Both the position numbers and the translations under genes were made by a program. The notes below the pieces were generated by a model that had not been told where the DNA came from, made no database searches, and saw only the letters and a list, made by a program, of their open reading frames with translations. Shown in pieces: positions 28,224-39,211 of a stretch of DNA of 49,059 nucleotides. Numbering within the stretch: the stretch's first letter is position 1; each line of letters begins with the position of its first letter. Source of the DNA: Vampirovibrionales bacterium (GTDB taxonomy: Bacteria; Cyanobacteriota; Vampirovibrionia; Vampirovibrionales; JAJTHC01); contig JAYKJM010000002.1 of the NCBI GenBank assembly GCA_035285385.1, positions 1-49,059 on the forward strand, written 5' to 3'.

Positions 28224-28943
28224 TTAATCAGATGGATTCAGAGGCAGGCGTTGAATTTCTGCTGAAATTTCTCTAATAAGGTGGCTTGTAACCGTATGCA
28301 TCAGATCCACCGGATTGTGGTGCGGTGTATTAGGCATTTTTGCAGCCAGAAGTTGCTGTTGCTCCCACACGCTGCTCATCAGATTACTTGCAAGGCCGCA
28401 GGGATTTATCTTGGAAAAGGTTTGTAAATCATTGCAAACGTTCAGTGCCAGGCCGTGATACGTGACCCATCGTTTGCAGGCAAGTCCAATAGAGGCAATT
28501 TTTGTCATGATGCCAGAGGGTTGTGGGATCCAGACGCCGGTTTCACCCGGTAGGTGTGTCAGAGGGCAGAGGCCAAGGTGCCTCAAGCTTTTTGCGATTG
28601 CCGCCTCCAAAGCGCTTAATACGTGACGCAGCTGGTGGGGTTGAATTTTTAAAATGGGGTAGATAACCAGCTGGCCGGGTTCGTGGGCGGTGACGCCCCC
28701 TCCCCGAGAAACTTGAATGAGCGGCACCTGAAGCGTTGATTTTAATTGGGACACTTCTTCTGCGCCAACGCCTCGCCCACAGGTGACCACCGGTGGGTGT
28801 TCACATATCAGCAGTGTGTCTGCCATTCGATTTTCAATGCGCGCCGTGACAAAATCATGTTGAACGCCCAGAGCCTGGGCGTAATCAATCAGACCCAGGG
28901 TTTCAGTCTGTAGAAGCTCACCATGCATAGACACGTAGGTCAC
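28224..28943 (-). CDS. lipB: Octanoyltransferase (lipoate-protein ligase B)
   Basis: LLICEHPPVVTCGRG, RGGGVTAHEPGQLVIYPIL, KIASIGLACKRWVTYHGLALNV. Confidence 0.9.
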   Translation of the reverse strand: MTYVSMHGELLQTETLGLIDYAQALGVQHDFVTARIENRMADTLLICEHPPVVTCGRGVGAEEVSQLKSTLQVPLIQVSRGGGVTAHEPGQLVIYPILKIQPHQLRHVLSALEAAIAKSLRHLGLCPLTHLPGETGVWIPQPSGIMTKIASIGLACKRWVTYHGLALNVCNDLQTFSKINPCGLASNLMSSVWEQQQLLAAKMPNTPHHNPVDLMHTVTSHLIREISAEIQRLPLNPSD

Positions 28944-28962
28944 CTATCGAGGGTTGGTTTCG

Positions 28963-31260
<2,298 letters not shown>

Positions 31261-31830
31261 TTATCTAGAATTAGACCCTAAAAAAACGACCGCAAAGGTT
31301 GCTGCAAGATTCATGCTATACTTGAATAGATCCATAAAATGCTCATCTTTGTCGCTTGGAATTAAAAGAGCATACTCATGTGCGGGTACAATGTTCTGAT
31401 TGATGCGCGCCTTGAATAGTCCCGCTTTTTTAAAGCGCATATTCTTGAGATCAAACACTCGCAGACGCTGTTTTTGATTGGGCTCAGAGAGATTTAATAC
31501 ATATATTTTGTCATAAATGGCATGTTCCATGATGATGCCTTCAGATTGGTTTAAGGCCTCCGTGACCAATTCCTCGGCGCGGCTGGTGCAGAGGGTCACA
31601 GAAAAGCGACCCTGTTTCTTGACGGCACCATAAACATAAATAGAGGTGGGCTGCTTCTCTGGATTGGCAGCGCAGGAGGACAGGGTCTCAGTATCAATAG
31701 GCTGAGTTTCATCCACAGGGTTGTTTTCCAGCAGCTTGGGTGTTGTTGCTGACAACAGGTCAGCCCAGCTGCATGCAAAACTGCTGGCCAGTACCCAGCC
31801 CATCAAGATTGGCAAGAATTTAAGGCTCAT
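31261..31830 (-). CDS. Hypothetical exported protein, possibly a lipoprotein, with an SLBB-like segment and C-terminal hydrophobic anchor
   Basis: MSLKFLPILMGWVLASSFAC looks like a signal peptide. IYVYGAVKKQGRFSV resembles the start of SLBB domains (Wza/ComEA). An alternative GTG start at 31848 overlaps the kinase stop (GTGA). Visibly more AT-rich than its neighbours. Confidence 0.5.
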   Translation of the reverse strand: MSLKFLPILMGWVLASSFACSWADLLSATTPKLLENNPVDETQPIDTETLSSCAANPEKQPTSIYVYGAVKKQGRFSVTLCTSRAEELVTEALNQSEGIIMEHAIYDKIYVLNLSEPNQKQRLRVFDLKNMRFKKAGLFKARINQNIVPAHEYALLIPSDKDEHFMDLFKYSMNLAATFAVVFLGSNSR

Positions 31831-31844
31831 AGAATCACCAACGT

Positions 31845-33101
31845 TCACGCGATGTAATCGGCTTGGGCAACAGGCAAGGTAAAAAAGAAGGTTGTGCCAT
31901 GGCCATCCTGCGGGTGGGGGATGCTCTCCACCCAGATATTGCCACCGTGTACCTGAATAATATGCTTCACGATGGACAGGCCAAGCCCTGTGCCGCCCAA
32001 ATCTCTGGAGCGGGCTTTATCAACGCGATAAAACCGCTCAAACAACCGTGGAATATGCTTGGCTTCAATACCAAGACCGGTATCGCGAATAGAAATGAGT
32101 AAAAAGCGCGGACTGTCTTGATCGCTTACAGATAGACGGCGGGGATAAAACGGCTCAACTTTCAGGTTGATGCATTCATCACTAGGGGTGTATTTGATGG
32201 CATTATTGAGCAGATTGGTGACGACCTGCTCCAGCGTTTGGCTATTGCCAAGCACGGGTGGCAACTGCGATGGGACATCTAGGATGATGGATATATGCTT
32301 GGCTTCGGCATGGCCTTTATAGAGGCTTATGACGCGGTCAATGACGCCAGAGAGGTTGATTGGGCTCAACTCAGGCTGATAATCGGCTTGCTCGAGTCGA
32401 GAGAGATCCAGTAAATCTTCCACCAGGCTGGTCAAACGAACCGCATGCCGCTGAATGGTGCGAACAAATTCTTCGGCAATGTCTGGCTGATACAGAGCCC
32501 CTTCAAGCAACGTTTCTGCATAGCCTTTGAGGATGCTGAGCGGGGTTCGTAATTCGTGGGAGACATTGGCCACAAAATCTCGCCGCATTTTTTCGGTCGT
32601 TTTAATGGTGGTAATGTCGCGCAACAGGGCAATGTAGCCTTCAGGCCCTTCGTTTTGGGCATCCAGCTCGAGAGGAGACAAACTGACCTGAAATGATCGC
32701 GGGCGTCCCAGACCCAGATCAAAGGCGCTTGGCCATTTCCATTCACCGCTTCGAGACGTGTCGGCCGGCTGCCAGCTCTCAACAGACGAATCGAGCGGAG
32801 CACCGGTGGCGGCTTGTTCAGGCGGCGCTTGAAGTTGCTGAAACAAGGCCTCCAGCGCATCGGTTAACGCCCGCATCTGAGAGGCTTCAAAGGCGCCAGC
32901 GCGAATCAGAAACGCCCGTTTTAGGGTGGCATTTAACCAGCGCACGCGGCCATCGAGATCAAACACCACCACGCCATCCCCCAGTTTTTGCAGCACGTGC
33001 ACCAAGGGGTTGGTCTCACTGAGCAATGCTTCAATGGGATCGTTCAGCTTGGGCGTGAGGGGATTGGTGTTGAGCAGGTCGTTTTGAACATTTTGAGGCA
33101 T
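31845..33101 (-). CDS. Cytoplasmic PAS-domain sensor histidine kinase, PhoR/SphS-like
   Basis: FVANVSHELRTPLSILKGYAETL (H-box), NLLNNAIKYT (N-box), DTGLGI, GGTGLGLSIVKHI. No obvious transmembrane segment and no response regulator in the window. Confidence 0.85.
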   Translation of the reverse strand: MPQNVQNDLLNTNPLTPKLNDPIEALLSETNPLVHVLQKLGDGVVVFDLDGRVRWLNATLKRAFLIRAGAFEASQMRALTDALEALFQQLQAPPEQAATGAPLDSSVESWQPADTSRSGEWKWPSAFDLGLGRPRSFQVSLSPLELDAQNEGPEGYIALLRDITTIKTTEKMRRDFVANVSHELRTPLSILKGYAETLLEGALYQPDIAEEFVRTIQRHAVRLTSLVEDLLDLSRLEQADYQPELSPINLSGVIDRVISLYKGHAEAKHISIILDVPSQLPPVLGNSQTLEQVVTNLLNNAIKYTPSDECINLKVEPFYPRRLSVSDQDSPRFLLISIRDTGLGIEAKHIPRLFERFYRVDKARSRDLGGTGLGLSIVKHIIQVHGGNIWVESIPHPQDGHGTTFFFTLPVAQADYIA

Positions 33102-33118
33102 AGAGACAGAGGGCGCTC

Positions 33119-35719
33119 TTAGATTGGTTTGACAACAAAATTCACCAATTTATTGGGCACAACGATGGTTTTTACGATGGTCTGCTTCTCAAGCAAGCCC
33201 GCTATTTTGGGTAATAACCTTGCCGTGGCCTCAAGCGCCTCCTTGGGCGTGTCGGTAGCAACTTCAAATTGATCCCGAAGCTTGCCGTTTATTTGGACAA
33301 CCACCGTTGCATGTTCCGCCACCAAAGCAGCAGGATCTGCCACTGGCCAGGCTTGCTCATGAATAAATCCGGAGCCTCCCAGTCTGTGCCAAAGTTCTTC
33401 GCTGATATGCGGACACAGAGGGGCCAATAATTTGAGTAAGCTTGAGACGGCAAAAGAATAGACGGGGCAAGAAGAGTCAATGTTCTCTTGGCTACCTGGT
33501 TCGCTCTGGATTGCGTGTTTACTCATAAAATTAACCAGCTCGCGAAGCTTACTGACGACCGTGTTGAACTGAAAGCTGGCGTTTAAATCCGGCTCTGATG
33601 CGCTCGTCTTGCCTTCAATATCTCTTGAAATGCCTGCGATGGTTTGGTGGGTCATGCGCAGGAGGTCTTTTTGATTGCCCGTGAGCGTGTCATCCAAAAT
33701 ACTGGGTGCTGGCGCCGATAAATTGACCAGTGAGCGTGCATCACTCACAACGCGCCAAACGCGCTGCAGAAAGCGAAAGCAACCTTCCACGCCAGAATCT
33801 TTCCAGTCAAAATCTGCCTGCGGAGGCGAATCGCTCAGAATAAAAAACCGAGCCGTGTCAGCCCCATAGGTTTTTAAAATTTCATCCGGGTCAACTACAT
33901 TCCCTTTGGATTTACTCATTTTGGCACCATCTTTGAGCACCATTCCCTGCGTTAGTAGCTGCTTGAACGGCTCCTGATTCTCTTTGCATCCTGTTAAGCC
34001 ACCGTCGGCAAGCGCCATCATAAAAAAGCGGGCATACATCAGGTGTAAAATGGCGTGTTCAATGCCGCCAATGTATTGATCAACGGGCAGCCAGCGGGCA
34101 ATCAAGGCGGGGTCAAAAGGTTGGCTGGTGTTATGGGGATCCACAAAACGAAGGTAGTACCACGAACTGCACACAAACGTATCCATGGTGTCGGTTTCTC
34201 GTGTGGCGGGCCCCTCACAGTTAGGACAAACGGTATTGACAAAGGCGTCACAAGAGGCTAGAGGCGATTTGCCTTTGGCCTGAAAATCAACGTCATGAGC
34301 AGAGGGCAGTTTGACGGGCAGCTCACTTTCAGGAACCGCAACCGTGCCGCACTTTTCACAATAGACGATGGGAATGGGTGCTCCCCAGAAGCGTTGCCGA
34401 GATACCAGCCAATCGCGTAAGCGATACTGCACTTTTGCTTGCCCAAGCTGTCGTGCTGTTAAAAATTGGGTAATCTGCTCCTTGGCCGCATCAGAGTCGA
34501 GTCCGTCAAAGTCGCCAGAATTGATTAAAATCCCTTTGTCGGTGTAGGCACCCGGCTTGTCGTTACTAAGGCTGCTTTGATCCCCTGAGTCGCAGTTGGC
34601 AGGGGCACTAATGACCTCGATGATGGGCAGATTGTATTTTTTTGCAAATTCAAAATCACGTTCATCGTGGGCGGCTACCGCCATCACCGCGCCCGTGCCA
34701 TAGTCTGCCAAGACATAATCGGCCACCCAAATAGGAATGAGCTTGCCTGAAATAGGATGCTTGGCATAACTGCCCAGGGGTACACCGGTTTTTTCGCGTC
34801 CTTCTGCGGTGCGATCAAGCTCAGACTTGTTTTTTGCCTCCTGTTGATAGCTCTCGACCGCCGCCAGATGCTCGGGTCTGGTTACATGCGCCACCAAGGG
34901 ATGTTCTGGTGCAAGCGCCAGATAGGTGACTCCCATCAGGGTGTCTGCTCGCGTGGTGTAAACGTCAATGGCGAAATCTGAATCCGCAATATCAAATTTG
35001 ACCTCGGTCCCAAGCGATCGATCAATCCAGCGGGCTTGCATGGTCTTGACGCGCTCTGGCCAGCCTGAGAGCGTTTCCAGATTGTCGAGCAATTGATCCG
35101 CGTAAGCGGTTGTCTTGAAAAACCACTGAGAGAGTCGTTTTTTTTCAACCAGAGCCCCATCGCGCCAACATTTGCCATCAATCACTTGCTCGTTGGCCAG
35201 CACCGTTTGATCAATCGGGCACCAGTTGACGGGCGCCTCTTTTTTGTAGGCCAATCCGCGCTGATACAGGTACAGAAACAGCCACTGTGTCCATCGATAA
35301 TAATCGTCCTGGCAGGTGAGCACTTCGCGCGACCAATCATAGGCAAACCCGAGTCGTTGCAGTTGCCCGCGCATGTAGGCAATGTTCTCTAGCGTCCAGG
35401 CCTCGGGGGCAATATTTCTCTGAATGGCCGCGTTTTCGGCCGGCAATCCGAAGCTATCCCATCCCATGGGCTGCAAGACGGTATAACCTTGCATGCGCTT
35501 AATGCGAGAGACGACATCCCCCAGGGTGTAATTGCGAACGTGACCCATGTGCAGCCGCCCAGAGGGATACGGAAACATGGAGAGGCAATAGAAGGTTTCA
35601 CCAGAGGGCTCAGGGTTGGCGGTATCAATGGCGTGGAGTTTGGCGGCTTGCCATGTGGCTTGCCACTTGGCTTCAATTGATTGCGGGGTGTAGGCATTTT
35701 GTTGCAAAATGGTCGTCAT
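33119..35719 (-). CDS. leuS: Leucyl-tRNA synthetase
   Basis: 866 aa. PYPSGRLHMGHVRNY (HIGH), KMSKSKGN (KMSKS), CP1 editing region. Confidence 0.97.
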   Translation of the reverse strand: MTTILQQNAYTPQSIEAKWQATWQAAKLHAIDTANPEPSGETFYCLSMFPYPSGRLHMGHVRNYTLGDVVSRIKRMQGYTVLQPMGWDSFGLPAENAAIQRNIAPEAWTLENIAYMRGQLQRLGFAYDWSREVLTCQDDYYRWTQWLFLYLYQRGLAYKKEAPVNWCPIDQTVLANEQVIDGKCWRDGALVEKKRLSQWFFKTTAYADQLLDNLETLSGWPERVKTMQARWIDRSLGTEVKFDIADSDFAIDVYTTRADTLMGVTYLALAPEHPLVAHVTRPEHLAAVESYQQEAKNKSELDRTAEGREKTGVPLGSYAKHPISGKLIPIWVADYVLADYGTGAVMAVAAHDERDFEFAKKYNLPIIEVISAPANCDSGDQSSLSNDKPGAYTDKGILINSGDFDGLDSDAAKEQITQFLTARQLGQAKVQYRLRDWLVSRQRFWGAPIPIVYCEKCGTVAVPESELPVKLPSAHDVDFQAKGKSPLASCDAFVNTVCPNCEGPATRETDTMDTFVCSSWYYLRFVDPHNTSQPFDPALIARWLPVDQYIGGIEHAILHLMYARFFMMALADGGLTGCKENQEPFKQLLTQGMVLKDGAKMSKSKGNVVDPDEILKTYGADTARFFILSDSPPQADFDWKDSGVEGCFRFLQRVWRVVSDARSLVNLSAPAPSILDDTLTGNQKDLLRMTHQTIAGISRDIEGKTSASEPDLNASFQFNTVVSKLRELVNFMSKHAIQSEPGSQENIDSSCPVYSFAVSSLLKLLAPLCPHISEELWHRLGGSGFIHEQAWPVADPAALVAEHATVVVQINGKLRDQFEVATDTPKEALEATARLLPKIAGLLEKQTIVKTIVVPNKLVNFVVKPI

Positions 35720-35734
35720 ATTATCAGGCTCAAA

Positions 35735-37366
35735 ATGAAAAAATTAAAAACAAGACAGCCGCAGAAGTGTTTATCGAGACGTTATGACGTGGCAAGGGTC
35801 ACTGCCCAGAGGATGGCCAAAGCATTACGCAGTTGCTTGGATTTCTATAGAGAGAATACCGTTATGGCGTCCTGGATTCAACGGCTGGCCTTTTTCACCG
35901 TCAATCGTGCCTTAATGCTCATTGGCCTCGGCCTTTTGGTGCTGATGGCAACGTATGGTGTTTTCTGGTGGCCTCACCCTATCCCCAAAGGGTTCTCATG
36001 GCTGGTGGAGTTGGCTGAATGGGTGGCTTGCCTGCTGATGAGCGTGGGGTATCTGGGCGTATTGGCTGTTTGGCACCGAGAGAGCTCATCATCATCGCAA
36101 ATATCGCAAAAAATCCCGCTCTTGATAGTGGCCGCTCTCTCGATGCTGGCATGCGTGTTGCCGGCGTTTCATTCGACGGATGTGACGGGTTATATCAACC
36201 GAGGTTGGCAGCAGGTGGCCTACCATACCAACCCTTACCTGACGGTCATTGATGACATTGCTGGCTGGCGTCAGGATGCCATGTTTCGAAATCATTGGAT
36301 TACCAACCCGGCACCTTATGGGTTTGCGTTTATGCACGTGGCCCGCGCCCTGATGCACCTCGTTGAGAAGGCGCATGGAAACTGGCTGATGGCGCTTTTA
36401 GCGTTTAAGCTTTTGATGCTTTCGGCTACATGGGCTGTGGCCGCGTTGGTGGCATGGGCCGGAAGGCGTTGGCTTGCATGGCCTCGTCAGCAGGCACTGG
36501 GTGCGCTGATGTTGATGATGGCGAACCCTTTGGTGCTGATTCAAGGGCTGGCCAATGCGCATAACGATGTTTTGATGGCCTTGCCCATGATGGCGGCGCT
36601 GGCGCTTTTGCCCTCTGCGCGATGGGGGTGGCTCTCGGCGCCGTTGGCAAGCCTTGGCGGGCTTATTAAGCTTGCCGCCTGGAGCATTTTACCGATGATT
36701 CTGCTTTTGCAGGTGCGCTTTGGGCAATGGCCTTTGCTCGGCTTTGGAATTTTGCTCAGTGGCTTGCTCACGCTGACAATGGCCATGGCCTACATGGGAG
36801 ATGGCCAGTGGCAGAGCTGGCCGATGGCAAAAATTGCTCAAAACGCCACGGTGATGCACAATTCGCTGCCGTCTTTGCTGTGGTACCCCTTGGAGGCGCT
36901 CATAAAGGCGTGCATGGCTATTTTGCCAGAGCACTTGGCGGGTGATGACGCCCTGCTGGAAGGCATTAAACGCGCCATTAAAACCGTGTTTTCGCTGGCC
37001 TTTGTGGCGTCGTTGCTTGCTATACTGCGGCATGTTTTTCGGCAATCTGGGGCTACGCAAACGGCCATGGCACGGTTTCAGTTTGCCGTTGTTGCTGCCT
37101 TATGGATTCAGGGGGCGTTGATTGCCGTGTTTAGTGCCAAATTTTACCCTTGGTACTGCAATATGTTTTGGCCGCTGGCGCTGTGGCTTGCGCCAGGCAG
37201 CCGATTGCGTCGTATGACGTTGGCGTTGACCGTAGGGCAGGTGTTTGCCATAACCGCCCTGGGGCAGGCGCACGTGCTCAATGTGCTGTTGATGTGGGTG
37301 CTGCCATTGGCACTGGCGTGGCGGTTGGATGCCTTTTTAAAAATGGACTCAGAACGACTTTTGTAA
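35735..37366 (+). CDS. Polytopic membrane protein, possibly a GT-C-type glycosyltransferase (DUF2029-like)
   Basis: More than 10 hydrophobic segments. A first-loop motif HSTDVTGYINRGWQQVAYHTNPYL resembles the D..Y...G....G.NPY motif of DUF2029/GT87-type mannosyltransferases. The start is uncertain (35735, or 35864 MASWIQR). Confidence 0.5.
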   Translation: MKKLKTRQPQKCLSRRYDVARVTAQRMAKALRSCLDFYRENTVMASWIQRLAFFTVNRALMLIGLGLLVLMATYGVFWWPHPIPKGFSWLVELAEWVACLLMSVGYLGVLAVWHRESSSSSQISQKIPLLIVAALSMLACVLPAFHSTDVTGYINRGWQQVAYHTNPYLTVIDDIAGWRQDAMFRNHWITNPAPYGFAFMHVARALMHLVEKAHGNWLMALLAFKLLMLSATWAVAALVAWAGRRWLAWPRQQALGALMLMMANPLVLIQGLANAHNDVLMALPMMAALALLPSARWGWLSAPLASLGGLIKLAAWSILPMILLLQVRFGQWPLLGFGILLSGLLTLTMAMAYMGDGQWQSWPMAKIAQNATVMHNSLPSLLWYPLEALIKACMAILPEHLAGDDALLEGIKRAIKTVFSLAFVASLLAILRHVFRQSGATQTAMARFQFAVVAALWIQGALIAVFSAKFYPWYCNMFWPLALWLAPGSRLRRMTLALTVGQVFAITALGQAHVLNVLLMWVLPLALAWRLDAFLKMDSERLL

Positions 37367-37459
37367 CATTTTGTGGAAGTTGCGTAACGTTTGAGGGTCC
37401 AGACAAAGCCGCGGGGTATAATTGGTGACCTGATTTGACCTGACTGTTTTGGAGGATGA

Positions 37460-37900
37460 TTGGATGACGATACGCCCAGCTACTACCGCCCCGCGTTTTG
37501 GTATGGCAGTACTTTTCCAGGAAGTAAAGAACTTGAAACTTTTTTAAACAGTCAAGCTCTAGAATGCGCCCCACCGGAGCGTTTAGTTGTCACTGTGTGT
37601 GGTAAAGGTGGCAAACCACAGTTCGAGGTTCTAACTGGGCCAAATATAGAAGATGGATTAAATCGTCTCGTGCAAGCCGAATTAGACCTGACCGAACGTG
37701 GAATACCAAAACCTCTGCTCATAGACTATTTGCAGACATCTCCCGGGGTTAGCACAAGGTTTTCAAGACAATTACAAGAAGCTAGAGATAACCAATGGAG
37801 TCAGCCAATCTCAGTATTTCAAGAGCCCATCAGAGCAGGATTCCAATTTTGGGGCAATGTTGCTCGAGCGAGTTTCCAATTCTGGGGTTTTAGAAGCTAG
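37460..37900 (+). CDS. Hypothetical protein with a C-terminal FQFWG duplicate
   Basis: TTG start 4-5 nt after GGAGGA, with a TATAAT hexamer about 40 nt upstream. No family recognised. AGFQFWGNVARASFQFWGFRS at the C-terminus. Confidence 0.5.
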   Translation: MDDDTPSYYRPAFWYGSTFPGSKELETFLNSQALECAPPERLVVTVCGKGGKPQFEVLTGPNIEDGLNRLVQAELDLTERGIPKPLLIDYLQTSPGVSTRFSRQLQEARDNQWSQPISVFQEPIRAGFQFWGNVARASFQFWGFRS

Positions 37901-37930
37901 TCTGTTGGCCGCCAGTGTCAACAACGCCCC

Positions 37931-39001
37931 CTAAGCCACAGGGGGCGTTTTGCCCGACAGCTTCCAGGCAAACATCAATACCTCGGCAACCACCTGGTAC
38001 ATATCGGCTGGAATCGGGGCGTCTAAATCCACCAGCTTGAACAAGGTGCGCGTCATCTGCGGGTTTTCCACAATGGGCACGTTGTGCGCCCGGGCAATCT
38101 CCTTAATGCGCTCGGCAAAAAGCTCCGTCCCCTTGGCCACCACCATCGGGGCCTCCATAGCGTCTGGCTGATACTTTAGCGCCACAGCCATGTGAATCGG
38201 GTTGGTGGTAATCACGTCGGCGGTAGGCACAGCATCCATCATTTTTTGCTGCAACATTTGCATCCGCCGCTGCCGAATGGCCTGCTTGACATGGGGGTCG
38301 CCCTCCGTGCTCTTGTATTCGTCTTTCATCTCCTTGAAACTCATTTTTTGATCTTTTAAAAACTTGAACTTCTGATACAGATAATCCGCCCCGCCAATCA
38401 CCACAAAGGCAATGCCAACCAGCAAAATCAGCTTGCTCACCAACTCCCCCAAAATCCCCAGTATGGCAAAGGTATTCTCTGAGGCGCCCGCGTGCAAGAG
38501 CTTGCCCAGGTACTCCTGAAAAATCATCCAGGCCACCACGCCCAACACAATAATTTTCAGCAAATTTTTCACCAACTCTACCACCGAGCGCATGGAAAAA
38601 ATGTTTTTAAACCCGGCCACCGGATTCAACTTGTCAAATTTGGGTGAAATCGCTTTGGTAGCCACCAGCGGCCCCACCTGAAAAAACTCAATTAAAACGC
38701 TAATCAGCAACCCCAAAATCAGAAACGGCCCCACAATCAAGGCCATCGCCTTGACGGTCATCAGCATCAGGTACTGCCAGCCAATGTTTTCAATGGTAGC
38801 ATTTGGAATTTGCTCAAACAGCTGGATAAACAGTGTGGCAAGCTCTTTCCAAATCATGGGGGCCAAGCCCAACAGGGTAAAAAACATGACAATCAGCACC
38901 ACCGCCGTGGTGAGATCTTTACTTTTGGATACCTGGCCCTCTTCGCGCGCTTTTTCAAGCTTGTGCGGGGTCGCTTCAAATTGTTTATCCTCATCAGCCA
39001 T
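37931..39001 (-). CDS. flhB: Flagellar export apparatus protein FlhB
   Basis: MADEDKQFEATPHKLEKAREEGQVSKSKDL, four TM segments, KMSFKEMKDEYKSTEGDPHVK, TNPIHMAVALKY (NPTH-type autocleavage site, here NPIH), PIVENPQMTRTLF. Confidence 0.9.
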   Translation of the reverse strand: MADEDKQFEATPHKLEKAREEGQVSKSKDLTTAVVLIVMFFTLLGLAPMIWKELATLFIQLFEQIPNATIENIGWQYLMLMTVKAMALIVGPFLILGLLISVLIEFFQVGPLVATKAISPKFDKLNPVAGFKNIFSMRSVVELVKNLLKIIVLGVVAWMIFQEYLGKLLHAGASENTFAILGILGELVSKLILLVGIAFVVIGGADYLYQKFKFLKDQKMSFKEMKDEYKSTEGDPHVKQAIRQRRMQMLQQKMMDAVPTADVITTNPIHMAVALKYQPDAMEAPMVVAKGTELFAERIKEIARAHNVPIVENPQMTRTLFKLVDLDAPIPADMYQVVAEVLMFAWKLSGKTPPVA

Positions 39002-39211
39002 AGCATTAGTGTACTCAAAATCTGCCTGTCGTATATTCAAACAGGCTGGCAAGCACCATATTTCACGCTAAGATCTCAAACGTTGTGGCAAAAACCGTGT
39101 GTTTGTGGCACAAGAATGCTTTAGCATTAAAATTTGGCCGGTGCGGCCTGCCTGTTGTTCGCTTGTTTTTAAAGTCACCTGTTTTCGATTATTCTTTGGG
39201 AGAACGTTGCT

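Noticed and set aside
35681-35734. TTG-initiated 5' extension of the GT-C-like ORF, overlapping the leuS start on the opposite strand.
   Set aside because: It is probably an artefact of taking the longest ORF. It would place the start inside the divergent leuS coding region, and downstream ATGs (35735, 35864) are more plausible.
39106-39120. Sigma54-like element TGGCACAAGAATGCT upstream of the permease gene, with a nearby direct repeat of TTGTGGCA.
   Set aside because: The GG-to-GC spacing is one nucleotide shorter than the strict -24/-12 geometry, and the -12 element reads ATGC rather than TTGC. It also points away from flhB, towards a transporter gene.
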